From assembly GCA_963779615.1 (NCBI GenBank), contig CAVZZA010000005.1, positions 224,001 to 288,000 on the forward strand: a DNA stretch of 64,000 nucleotides, written 5' to 3'. The translations under genes and the position numbers were made by a program. The stretch's first letter is position 1. Each line of letters opens with the position of its first letter. Under the pieces are notes generated by a model, which had not been told where the DNA came from, did no database searches, and saw only the letters and a list, made by a program, of their open reading frames with translations. Below are positions 1-10,602 of this stretch, piece by piece. This DNA comes from an uncultured Nitrososphaeraceae archaeon (GTDB lineage Archaea > Thermoproteota > Nitrososphaeria > Nitrososphaerales > Nitrososphaeraceae).

Positions 1-16
1 CATTTATAGTATAAGA

Positions 17-1077
17 TTATGCTTGTCTTTTCAGGTATACAAATTCAAATAAAATGTCAGGTAACAAAAGACTCACTCCAGATATACCTAAAAAAGTAAC
101 TGAGTTTTATATATGAACAACACAAAAAGCATTTTGTTAGCAGCTATAATCACTGCAACACTGATTCTCTGCACGAGTGTTATCCCGATGCAGACATACG
201 CTGGCGAGAACAAAAACACCAAGGACTACAAGTCTCCAATCACGGCAAGCGATGTATCAGACAAAAAGAGCTCAAGCCAGCACTCTGGCCAGGACAACTT
301 TGCGTACAGGAGCGATGACCCCAGCCAGGCAAACCAGGGACAGCAGGTAATAGGGAAGGACAACGAGGCAACAGGATTCAACGACCAAAGCAGGAACCTC
401 CAGTCAACACCGGCCACAGCAGGTACAGCAGGCGGCACCGGAAGCAACGGAAGCAACGGAAACGGCACTACGCCAACACCACCACCAACAACAGGAACCC
501 TTAACGTATGCAAGGCTGTAGTCGACAATTTCGATTTGGGTGTCAAGCCTTCTGACTTCACATTCAAAGCCACTTCCGAGGGTGCCGACCCAGCTGAATT
601 TCCGGGTAGTGCAGATTGCACCAAAGTCACAGTGCCTGAAGGTCCATACGGTTTCCTTGAAACCGCACCTATATCTTTCTTCATCATCACAGATGTAACC
701 GGAGATTGTGCCTTAGACTTTCCTGAGAGTACTAGAGGATTTCATGGTAGCATTAAAGCTGGAGAGACTCAGACCTGCACGGTTACTAACGACGTATTTC
801 CTTTGTGATGAAAAAAGGAAACCATCGGAAACACTCTTTTATTTTTCCAGCTGCCAGGGTTTTTCATTGACGTTACAAAAGCCTGTTTTACATTGCTTGT
901 GATTCCAGGTCCAGTTTGACGGATTGGTTGAAACTTGCGTATTCTGATTGGAGTTTACTCCGTTCTTCAAAACTTTATGCCGTTGTGATAAAATCCGGCC
1001 TATGATAGATGCCTGAATTTGCAAACCAGAAAACAGGGTGTTCAGCGGGTTGAATCATCTGGATTAAAAACATGAAA
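17..1077 (+). repeat. Duplicated ~1.06 kb cassette, copy 1 (upstream region, gene and downstream region)
   Basis: 17-162 identical to 2657-2802; 454-515 identical to 3100-3161; downstream ~830-1077 similar to ~3473-3720. Confidence 0.9.
113..808 (+). CDS. Secreted protein with Thr/Gly/Pro linker and Cys-containing C-terminal beta-sandwich (prealbumin/Ig-like) domain, copy 1
   Basis: Signal peptide MNNTKSILLAAIITATLIL; TTPTPPPTT linker; GTLNVCK...PSDFTF...GSADCT...GDC...GSIKAGETQTCTVTN; paralog at 2753. Confidence 0.8.
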   Translation: MNNTKSILLAAIITATLILCTSVIPMQTYAGENKNTKDYKSPITASDVSDKKSSSQHSGQDNFAYRSDDPSQANQGQQVIGKDNEATGFNDQSRNLQSTPATAGTAGGTGSNGSNGNGTTPTPPPTTGTLNVCKAVVDNFDLGVKPSDFTFKATSEGADPAEFPGSADCTKVTVPEGPYGFLETAPISFFIITDVTGDCALDFPESTRGFHGSIKAGETQTCTVTNDVFPL

Positions 1078-1557
1078 TAATTTTATGTGCCAAGCCAGGG
1101 AAAAGGCAGAGCACATTCCGGTTTAGGATTAATAGAGTTATTATATAAAGTAACTGTTTCTGTGGAAATCAAGAGGATATTCACATGAGTCAACAACTTA
1201 CCTTGATTTATCTTTGTTTTAAATTCCAATGTGTAAAGTGCTGATTGAACCTGTGACCATCGCATTGAAGAGGCGAAATGCTTGACCGTTTTGGGCAAGT
1301 CAATATTAAGGTTGGGGATAGTGATGACATCAATGGCTCCCCTGTACATTAGTTTGGTTATTTTTACCTTGATGACGGACTTTAACTTGCACTCATAGGA
1401 CTTTGATGTTTTCTTTTGGCCCTGCAGGGAAATGATAAATCAATACTTGTTTATGGAATTCATTAAAAATGTGAGGTCACCTTTTGCACTAGTCTGTTAA
1501 ACTAGTACAAAGGGAATAAAAAATTGGCTGAACCTTTTTGTGGTTCTGATTTTTTTG

Positions 1558-2178
1558 TTATTGCTTTTTTGTTGTTGTTGTTGTGCTGTAGTCTGTGGAG
1601 GAGTTAGGGGTGGACACACTGACGCTGGAGTTTGCTGCTGCGTCTTTGGCTGCTGCTGTCAGTTGTCTTGAGTTTTGCTCAAATGTTTTTGCCGTGTTAA
1701 CGCTAAGGTTGGATAGGTGCTTTGAGTTGTCCTTTGCCTGTTGCAACACTGATTTCATAGAGTCCAGGTTTGAGAATATCATGTTGTTTGTGAGTCTGAT
1801 TGCTGACACTGTGTTGTCTGCTACGTTGCTGACAAACCTGGTGTATGCCTTGGCTATGGAGTCGGGGGATGCAAAGCTTGTAACAACGCTGCTGTAGTTC
1901 TCATTGATTGGCCTCCATGCTGATTGGAGTGAGCTGATGATTTCCTTCTGTGATTCAATGTACTCCTCTGAAATCTCTCTGGCTGTTTGGAGTGACTGTT
2001 CTTGGTAGCTGTTCACAATGTTGTTGATTCGTGGAATCTGGTTCTTTGACTCGTCTATGGATTTTCTGATGTTGTCTTTGGCCTCATCAAGTGACCTGTT
2101 GATTGATTCTTTGAAATCTTGTGTATTGGTATTATTGTTATATGAGTAACTTTCTTGTGATTCTGTTTTCTTTGACAT
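1558..2178 (-). CDS. Amphipathic helical protein, possibly phasin-like
   Basis: 206 aa, helical and Ser/Asn/Gln/Ala-rich, no TM segment, no Cys; upstream TATA box; function inferred. Confidence 0.65.
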   Translation of the reverse strand: MSKKTESQESYSYNNNTNTQDFKESINRSLDEAKDNIRKSIDESKNQIPRINNIVNSYQEQSLQTAREISEEYIESQKEIISSLQSAWRPINENYSSVVTSFASPDSIAKAYTRFVSNVADNTVSAIRLTNNMIFSNLDSMKSVLQQAKDNSKHLSNLSVNTAKTFEQNSRQLTAAAKDAAANSSVSVSTPNSSTDYSTTTTTKKQ

Positions 2179-2200
2179 TACTCTATATCAGGTGCCATTC

Positions 2201-2208
2201 TATATAAA
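2201..2208 (-). promoter_or_regulatory. Archaeal TATA box for the 1558..2178 gene (probably leaderless)
   Basis: TTTATATA on the minus strand 23-30 nt upstream of the ATG at 2178. Confidence 0.5.
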
Positions 2209-2656
2209 GTCTGGTAACAAACGGTTTTTAATTCCAATTATTTACATGAAATCATCATAGTGGTTGCATATCATTCAGGAGTATTATTGATACCCCTTAG
2301 ACTTAACTTTATCATTTGATCAAAAGGTTCACCGCAAACCCTATTTGATCGAATGCAGCCTTCCTCCCCCTTCGATAGCCCGTAGAAATGAAAAATTATT
2401 CGACCTATATGAGTAACGGGCCCGGAGGGCTAGTGCTGATATCGGTCCTTAAAAGTGGGTTCTAATTCTATCGGAATGGTTAAGGAGATAAAGTTTTCAA
2501 TTTATAAAAAATAAAATACCTTTTTTCCATCAGAGTATAAAAATCATGCAAGTCCATTGTATCTTTTATTGAGATTAAAGGCATGTCCAAAGAACACTCT
2601 TAAACAACAAGATAAAGTTATGCTAAATTTTCCTCTTTGTATTTGGAGTATTAGTT

Positions 2657-3720
2657 TTATGCTTGTCTTTTCAGGTATACAAATTCAAATAAAATGTCAG
2701 GTAACAAAAGACTCACTCCAGATATACCTAAAAAAGTAACTGAGTTTTATATATGAACAACACAAAAAGCATTTTGTTAGCAGCTATAATCACTGCAACA
2801 CTAATCATGGGGACAAGCGTCATCCCAATGCAGTCATATGCTGACAGGGACAATAACGACGACCACAAAAAAGACAAGGATTTTAAGTCAAAAATAATCT
2901 CAGGCTCCGAATCGGACAAAAAGAGCGCAAGCCAACACCAGGACCAGGACAACTTCTGCTACAGGGGCGATGACTGTGAGCAGGCAAACCAGGGACAGCA
3001 GATAGTTGGAAAGGACAACGACGCAAAGGGATTCAACGACCAAAGCAGGAGCCTTCAGTCAACACCGGCCACAACAGGGGCAGCGGGCGGCACAGGAAAC
3101 AACGGAAACGGCACTACGCCAACACCACCACCAACAACAGGAACCCTTAACGTATGCAAGGTCGTAAACAACGGCCCAGGGCTTAATTTCGAGCCTTCTG
3201 ACTTTACGTTCACATTCACTTCTGAGGGTGCCAACCCTGCCGAATTTGCCGGCAGTGCAGATTGCACCGCAGTTACAGTACCCGAAGGTCCATACAGTTT
3301 CGGAGAAACACTTGATGCGCTAGCCCTATTTACAACAACGGCATCAGGAGATTGTACCCAAGATTCAAGATTTATTCCAGCATTTCACGGCAGCATAAAT
3401 GCTGGAGATACTCAGACCTGCACGGTTACTAACAACATAGGGATACGTACACCAATATAAAAAAAGGAAATAAAACACTTTTTTATTTTTTCAGCTGCCA
3501 GGATTTCTCATTGACGTTGCAAAAACCTGAGCGACATTGCCTATGGTTCAAGGTTAACAGTTTGACTCATTCAGACACTAAGGTTCTAGTTGCAGTTTCC
3601 TCGGTTATTCAATTTGTGCCGTGTTGTAAAATCCAGCCTATGACATTTGTCGGAGTTTGATGACCCGAAAACACGATGTTCAGCGGGTTGTTACCTGTGT
3701 AAAAGGCTTTACCATGAAAA
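2657..3720 (+). repeat. Duplicated ~1.06 kb cassette, copy 2
   Basis: Direct repeat of 17-1077, offset 2640 bp at the 5' end. Confidence 0.9.
2753..3460 (+). CDS. Secreted protein with C-terminal beta-sandwich domain, copy 2
   Basis: Same signal peptide start and architecture as 113..808. Confidence 0.8.
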   Translation: MNNTKSILLAAIITATLIMGTSVIPMQSYADRDNNDDHKKDKDFKSKIISGSESDKKSASQHQDQDNFCYRGDDCEQANQGQQIVGKDNDAKGFNDQSRSLQSTPATTGAAGGTGNNGNGTTPTPPPTTGTLNVCKVVNNGPGLNFEPSDFTFTFTSEGANPAEFAGSADCTAVTVPEGPYSFGETLDALALFTTTASGDCTQDSRFIPAFHGSINAGDTQTCTVTNNIGIRTPI

Positions 3721-3952
3721 GGCTTACAAAAATGCAGTGCATCCAAAACAAGGATGCAATGCTTTAAAAAAGTTGGATGTTTATTGGTGAAGATTACAGA
3801 GACAGATGGAAAGTCAAAGGGTTGAACTTTCTGTATTGTAATAACATGGGGCATTCATAGGGATGGTGCTTTGTAAAAAAGTTATAATACACTGTTTAAC
3901 CAGATAGATGAAGATTTTATGGCGGCATATCCCTACATAAAATTTTTATCTG

Positions 3953-4198
3953 CTAAAAGTCATCAAAGCCATCATCATCCATCATCAATTCTTTATCTAT
4001 AAACTTAATCAGTTTCTTGTCCAATATCTTTGTAGAGTAATGACATACGGCACACCTAAAATACACTTTAGCTTTTCTTAATTTGGGTTTTCCTGTAGTT
4101 TCATAGCGACTAACCATCCATTCTTTTGGTGAGTGGATTTTACATTTTGGACAAACAATGCATGCAGACACCTCGCCTAAATCATTTGAGATAGACAT
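3953..4198 (-). CDS. Small zinc-ribbon protein
   Basis: CPKC and CAVC pairs, acidic tail, ATG start. Confidence 0.55.
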   Translation of the reverse strand: MSISNDLGEVSACIVCPKCKIHSPKEWMVSRYETTGKPKLRKAKVYFRCAVCHYSTKILDKKLIKFIDKELMMDDDGFDDF

Positions 4199-5488
4199 AT
4201 GCTGTTAGTGTAGTAAATTTTCAACCTATTTATTTATGGATCCCATGTTTTGTTATTTTGGTCTCAAGAATTGCAAAGATATGAGACAAACCCGATATAC
4301 CCAGTATTAGGTATTGTTGGTTCAACCTTTGTATTTATTGCATGTCTGTACAACATTGCAAATTTATTGGTTTTTGGAAAATCCAAATCCATAGTGTGCA
4401 GCAGGATAGACAACATACACATGTTAAAGACCAAGAAGGTTTTGCCATGTAATAATTTTTTTGTAATCCGTATAGATTAAACACAACGTTACTAGATTTG
4501 TTATTCATATCCTTAAATTGAACTAGGGGCCAAATTTTGTGTTAATGGCTCAAAGACAAGGTTCAGACTGGTCAACACATACAATTCATTTGCTATTCTT
4601 TCAGAATGCTGTGTTTATCCTGAATCTCAAGATCCAGCTAAAAAAAATAGATGATAGGATAGAGCGTTTGAAATGAATATGTGTTTATTCTGAAGTTTAA
4701 AAATACGGTACAGGAAATGATGCTAAAAAAATGATGCTAAAAGAGTCACTGCACAACAAAACAATATTTATTTAGGCAAGACAGGCAGTAAGCTTCGATT
4801 TTAAGAATCATGCAACAAGGCATGTGTAATGGTAAAGTTTTAGGAGAATACAGAATAATGAATGGAGGAAGGGTTACCACACCAAGAGACAAGTCAGATA
4901 TAGACAGCGTAAAACATGGGGATTTCTATACTTATTTGGCAGACGGGGATGCATCTTTAAGATAGACAAATAGAATTCGATTTGGATAAAGCAATTAAAC
5001 AGGTAGAGAAATAAAAAAAACGAGAAAACCGTCAGGTTAACAGCCCATTAATGGATACACCGTTCTTTCGCATTCTCTCCAATGCCTATAAAATGCTCAT
5101 CGATCATTGAATTTCAAGCTACCTCTCAAATCATTGCATTACTGAAGAGCAGATATCATTTACTTGTGGTGATTGCATTACCTACAGCAGTTTTTAGATC
5201 ATCCAAAAGGCAGGCTTAATATTGGCTGTTCATAAAATAAGGCAACAATGCTTTGTTGCATGACTCAAATTTTCGTACTTTTTAGAGGTGTCAGTTTTAT
5301 TCCCGCAAGAGTAATAATCGATATTCGCATTGTGCTGGTATGAACTCTATCATAAATTGACGAATTTCACACTATGCGACAAAGCAGGCAATAATACTTT
5401 TTGTGTGTGTAAAAAGTGGCACATCCAATTTAGACTTCCTAAGACAAAAAAACAGCAATAGGGGATTGCCATACCCTTGTTGTTCTGG

Positions 5489-6186
5489 TTATTCTCTTAG
5501 CGGAAGGTCCGCGTCTTTGTGCAATGCCCTATACACTCCAGCTGCAATCAACCCGCCGACGATTGGCGCTACCCAATAAATCCAGTGGTAGCTAAAGTTT
5601 CCCATAATCAGTGCAGGGCCAAAGGAACGGGCCGGGTTTAATGAACCGCCTGTCATGGCACCGCCAAACATGACATTCAAGCCAAGTGTAAACCCTATTG
5701 CCACGCCTGCCAATGGGGCGATGCTAAAGTTCCTTGAGGTGGTGGTGGCCAGCACAACATACACCAAAGTGAATGTCATTACGGTTTCCAGTATCAACGC
5801 CCTAACAACATTATCTTCCGAAGGTAACGTTACGCTCGCAGACATTTCTGGGCCAAATATTGTGTACACAACAGCTGCACCAATTACCGCACCAATGATT
5901 TGGGCTATTATATAGACTGCTGCTTCCTTGCCCTTGATTTTTCCCGCAACCAGCAGGCCCATTGTAACCGCGGGGTTAACCTGGACAGCCGAACGGTAAC
6001 CTATTGCGTATATTATTGCTGTCAGCACAAGGGCATGAACCAAACCAATCCCTATTACACCCAACTGACCACTGCCAGAATAAACCGTGGCGGCAGAGGC
6101 AATCGCATAGACCAGGATAAACGTTCGACTATCTCCACCAAAAATTTACTTTTCAGTGAAGTTTTGTTGTTGTGTTTACCGATCAT
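5489..6186 (-). CDS. Aquaporin (MIP family) with a 1-nt frameshift near 6126
   Basis: Two NPA motifs (VNPAVT, GSLNPARSFGPA); true N-terminus MIGKHNNKTSLKSKFLVEIV-[G]TFILVYAIASAAT is restored by adding one base near 6126. Confidence 0.9.
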
Positions 6187-6632
6187 CTCTTACCTATGTT
6201 TCCGTCATCTTATTCTTTATAAGGATAATCATTAACATTCAGACTGTTCACTTAACACCACTTGATCTTTTACTTATTATTAGTAACCAAAAAGAAACAT
6301 GTTTGACAAGAATTTTAGGTTAAACCATCGTAAGTTTATTAAAAGTCCAACAATGCTGCCTCCAGGTCCCTGTGGGTGCTTCTAACTTTGTTAACCTTTG
6401 GAAATTGAAAGCCAATAACTGAAATCCAAATTACAATGTACCTCCTGATACCGATTTATCAAATTATGATATGGATTTGACATGGTTGTAAAGCGTTTTC
6501 AGTTCTTTTTGGCAGTGCTGAACCCGACACCATAAAAAAGGGAGCTAATGTGGGGAATAGGACTTGAGGGATGGAACAGATTAGAAAGAATGCTTATAAT
6601 TAAACTATTGTTATGTCCTTTCGATAACAAAA

Positions 6633-7004
6633 ATGTCATCAACATCAAAAGTATTAACAAAAAGTTTTGGATCGCCTGATGAAGTAAGAACATTTGAAAA
6701 GGGAAAGGTTGAGATTGTAAGCCTGGGCAATGTTATAATTGGCAGAGCCACATTGGAGCCTGGTTGGAGTTGGGGAAAATGTGTAAAACCACTAGTGAAA
6801 ACTGACAGTTGTCAAGCACCACACACTTCGGTTATAATCTCTGGAAGGATGAGAGTCAGAATGGATGATGGTACCGAAATTGAAGGGGGACCAGGAGATA
6901 CAGCGGTAATACCACCAGGACATGATGCATGGGTGGTGGGAGATGAACCATGTGTTTCAATCGACTATACTGGAATGGGAGACTACGCAAAGAGACCAGA
7001 GTAA
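6633..7004 (+). CDS. Cupin-domain protein
   Basis: LEPGWSW...CQAPH...ISGRM...IPPGHDAWVVGDEP cupin motifs. Confidence 0.85.
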   Translation: MSSTSKVLTKSFGSPDEVRTFEKGKVEIVSLGNVIIGRATLEPGWSWGKCVKPLVKTDSCQAPHTSVIISGRMRVRMDDGTEIEGGPGDTAVIPPGHDAWVVGDEPCVSIDYTGMGDYAKRPE

Positions 7005-7620
7005 ACGGATATCCTATTTCCATCATTACTAAAGCAGAAATCTTTTATTTTTCAAAACAGATCTTCCTGAGTCCTGTCCCAGCCAATATGGTAATCCATT
7101 CATTTTATTGGAATGTAACTAATGCTATTGGTGAATAGATGGTGCTGATTAATCAATTTTTAGGCCTTTGTATATGCATCAGTAAATTGGTTTGATTTGA
7201 TTTAAAAAAATGGTATGAGAAATCAGGTAGTTTTTGATGATTTCTGAAGTGCCCTGTTCTTTGCCAATTCTTCTTTGAGAGACTCCTCTGGATAACCGTT
7301 ACTAATTTAACAGATAATTTCTTTAGGTTGTACAGATAGAAGTTACTTGGCAAACATGTCCTTGGTCATAAATCCTAATTATTTTTATTTGGATGTATGT
7401 TTGATATTTCAATCTTTGATGGCCATGTTTTACAATCCTTCATTAACTTTTTTGAGTTATATTTTACAACCTTAAATTAATAGTTCAGTTGCAGTTTTTG
7501 TTTCAAGCCAAATATGGAATTCCATCACACAATCTTTATTTGTTATGAGTTATTGGGCTAAGACAAACAATCCCAAAAAAAAGAAATTCCTGCTTTAAAA
7601 AATGGTGTGTTTGCTAGTTG

Positions 7621-9204
7621 TTACTCAGACCGTATAACTGGTGGTGGACTCCACGTTCCATTCAGTATAGAATCGTCAGGCAGGTATAAACGCAAAACCA
7701 GTTTGATTTTATCGGACACTTGAGCTGATGGTGCTGGCAGCCAGTTTGATTCCTTATCGGGCCCAGGGTTTGTATTCTGTATGTATATGTCAAGTGAACC
7801 GTCTGTGTTGTTCTTTAACCCTTCAGTGTATTGCCCTACCAAATAGCGATTTATTGGGTTGTCCACAAACAATGATTGGTTATTATATATGGTTAGGGAC
7901 CAGAATGAATTTACAGGTGGAAGCTGCCCTGGTTCGAAGTGGACGGTATAGTTTTTGTCTCCGGTGAGCAGTTTCCCTTCAGAATCTACAAACGTGACTG
8001 GATAGATTGCCTCCTGTCCTGTATTTGCGCCAACACCCACAACAACAGTTGCAGCACGGAACAGGTAGTCAGTTCCAAAGAGGCCTGTTGCCGCATTTAC
8101 CGTCCAACCGTTAACATTGGCTCCGAAGTTTGCCACCTTCGCATTTATCAGTTTTTCACCCTCTGTTATGCCAGTTTGAAGGGCTGATTTTATTGTGCCA
8201 TTTGCTTGGGTTGACGGAGTCATTCCAGGACCAATACCTATAGATGCGAGTTTTTTGACAAGCGTAGGGTCAGGCGGATTCAATGGATTAACGGTCATGG
8301 CAGCGCTAATTTCATCGTATATTTTGATGCCTGTGGTTGGTATAAACGGAGGTCTTGGGCTTATTGGGACTTGAGCATCGGATTCATTTGTCATTGCTGT
8401 TGTGTTTGAAGGCTGGCTGGTCGATGCTGGGGCTGCTGAGTTGCTCAAATAGGCTGAAAGAGGCATCACTTTTATCCGGTCTTGAATAGCTTTTACATTG
8501 GGAGTATCAGATGGACCTTTTATTAAAATCCTGTTTAATACCATTGTAAGGTCGGTCGGAGACCATATCTTAGTCATTCCCTCTGGAACGGTGCCTTCCC
8601 AGTTAGGGCCTGCAATAAGATATGTACCGCCTTCTGAGCCAGTGGCCCTTGTGCCAAGGTATTGGTAATTATTTGTGTAAGCATCCATTAACTGAAATGA
8701 GTAATACCTGTCTGGCTCAATTGGAGGTATCTGTAAAACAATTGGTTCGCTTGTCATATTTAGGAAAGCATAGCCATAAAGTGTATCTGCGTTTGGGGTG
8801 ACAGTACCGGTGTCATTGGCAGTTATAAGTTGTCGTGCAAACGTTATGTTGTTTTCAGGTCCTGCCAAATTTATTCCCTTGGCTATGGAGTCCGGGCTTG
8901 TGTAATACTCATTAAATCGCTCCATAGTTACAAGCGGAAAGCCCCAAATGTATGCGAGGGTGGCAATATCTCCAGGTGTGTCTGAACTCGAAATATCCAC
9001 CATTCTCTTTTCTATGTCGCTACCGCTTGAACTATCTGAAATACTCAAACTATTAGAGTTTGTTAAACCAGATGATGAAACAGAAGTTGAATTTTCCTGA
9101 GCTGTTGCTGCTGTTGCAATTAAAGGATTGATACCAATAAATGGTGATACCATCAAAATGCCCGTTAAAAACAGAGGAAGAAGGATTGTCTTGTGGATTC
9201 TCAT
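7621..9204 (-). CDS. Secreted DUF1254/DUF1214 family protein
   Basis: Signal peptide; AYIWGFPLV, TPNADTLY, RYYSFQLMD, FWSLTIY, DGSLDIYIQ, SNWLPAP, LRLYLP...GTWSPP. Confidence 0.9.
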   Translation of the reverse strand: MRIHKTILLPLFLTGILMVSPFIGINPLIATAATAQENSTSVSSSGLTNSNSLSISDSSSGSDIEKRMVDISSSDTPGDIATLAYIWGFPLVTMERFNEYYTSPDSIAKGINLAGPENNITFARQLITANDTGTVTPNADTLYGYAFLNMTSEPIVLQIPPIEPDRYYSFQLMDAYTNNYQYLGTRATGSEGGTYLIAGPNWEGTVPEGMTKIWSPTDLTMVLNRILIKGPSDTPNVKAIQDRIKVMPLSAYLSNSAAPASTSQPSNTTAMTNESDAQVPISPRPPFIPTTGIKIYDEISAAMTVNPLNPPDPTLVKKLASIGIGPGMTPSTQANGTIKSALQTGITEGEKLINAKVANFGANVNGWTVNAATGLFGTDYLFRAATVVVGVGANTGQEAIYPVTFVDSEGKLLTGDKNYTVHFEPGQLPPVNSFWSLTIYNNQSLFVDNPINRYLVGQYTEGLKNNTDGSLDIYIQNTNPGPDKESNWLPAPSAQVSDKIKLVLRLYLPDDSILNGTWSPPPVIRSE

Positions 9205-9818
9205 GTATTTTTGTAATGTGAGTGATATTTAAGCATGATAGTCAGTAATATGTTCCTTTATGAGATATCGATTCATAACTTGGTAAATGTTCAGACCTGA
9301 ACATCTACCTTTTTTTGACATACTTTTGAAAAGAAACGGATTCATTCATTTTGTGTTTATCATCCCGTAAAAAACAGCATAACAATGACACTAGACAAAT
9401 CAGAGGAAATGTTTACGGTGTCCTTTCAATTTCTATGACGCCCTGTTCAGCCGTCCTTGACAAACGTCAACTTGGCAGCACCCTTAACCGTCTTGCTTGC
9501 CGGCCCTTTCCAAAAGAGTCGCATCATTTTCACCCATTCTTCTTGTGGGCTCGTCCATATCCCTTTCAAGGTTGGACTTGAAGAAGATTGGTTTGACAAT
9601 CTCATCATCTGAGGTTTCACAAAGTTCACGGTTTAGAGTTTTTAAAGGTGCAAGAAATCGCCCCCATTATAGCTGCTTGTTACAGCATCCAGGGCATTAC
9701 TACATGTGTTGTTTTTTGTGTTGTTTTTGAATCATATAACATAATATGGCATATCCCTGATTCGAATTGACTTAAGTCCGGTTTGATAACCTTTGCAGCA
9801 TTCTGACCTTGCGTGCAT

Positions 9819-10205
9819 TTACCCTTCATACATATGATATACCTTGGCGATGATGTGCCAGGTGCCATCTGTCTTGATGAGCGTGTGAAAGTCGGTATAG
9901 TCAGCGCCAATCGCGTCATTCTCCATGTCGACGCGCACAACCGCCGTCGTTGGAGTTATCGCGAGCACGTCGAGCCGAGTCTTGATGTCGGGCGCGGAGC
10001 CGTTCTTCTGGACAAATTCGTAGAGGTTTTTGATTGGGCCGCCTAGCAGCTCGCCATTGGTGAAGCCATACATGACGGCGTCCTTGTGGAAACCCTGGGT
10101 GAGGCTGGGGATGTTGCCGATGCGTAGACCCTCGACATATTTGGCGACTGTCTCAACAACGTCTTCAAAGTCTTGGGTAGGCACAGTCTTGATATTCTTT
10201 GACAT
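9819..10205 (-). CDS. NTF2-like (putative lumazine-binding family) protein
   Basis: YVEG...FHKDAVMYG...YTDFHTLIKTDGTWHIIAKVYH; GC-rich coding sequence. Confidence 0.8.
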   Translation of the reverse strand: MSKNIKTVPTQDFEDVVETVAKYVEGLRIGNIPSLTQGFHKDAVMYGFTNGELLGGPIKNLYEFVQKNGSAPDIKTRLDVLAITPTTAVVRVDMENDAIGADYTDFHTLIKTDGTWHIIAKVYHMYEG

Positions 10206-10452
10206 TGGGATTCTTTTTCAGTGGATATGAAGTGAATTTATAATTAAACTTAACAGCAGAAGAATATATTAAGAGATTGACAATACCTAACAGGACAAAA
10301 GGAAATATCATCCTACGAGTACAAGTTAAAGTCCATCATCAAAAAAAAGATATCCAAACTAATGGACAGGGAACTGCCCTTGATGTCATCACTATTCCCC
10401 AACCTTAATCTTGACCCTGCCAAAAACGGTCAAGCAATTCACCCCACTCAAT

Positions 10453-10488
10453 GCGAGGGTCGCGGGTTCGAACCCTCCTCACTTCACC
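10453..10488 (+). other. Possible degenerate tRNA 3'-half remnant
   Basis: GAGGGTCGCGGGTTCGAACCCTCC...TTCACC resembles variable loop, T-arm and acceptor 3' strand; the T-stem is imperfect and there is no 5' half. Confidence 0.3.
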
Positions 10489-10602
10489 TTTTGGGAGTTG
10501 AAATACTATTTCTTTTAATTTTATGCATATCTTTGTACATTATACATAAATGCTCAACCTGGTTCTAAGATAGACTTCATTCACTTTTGAACCGCATCCC
10601 AC

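Noticed and set aside
113-3460. Diversity-generating retroelement template/variable pair
   Set aside because: No reverse transcriptase in the window; the differences include indels and are not limited to adenines
9447-9730. Short ORFs between the DUF1254 and NTF2-like genes
   Set aside because: No recognisable motifs; possibly a decayed gene, but unsupported
10453-10488. Functional tRNA gene
   Set aside because: No 5' acceptor strand or D-arm, and the T-stem is mismatched
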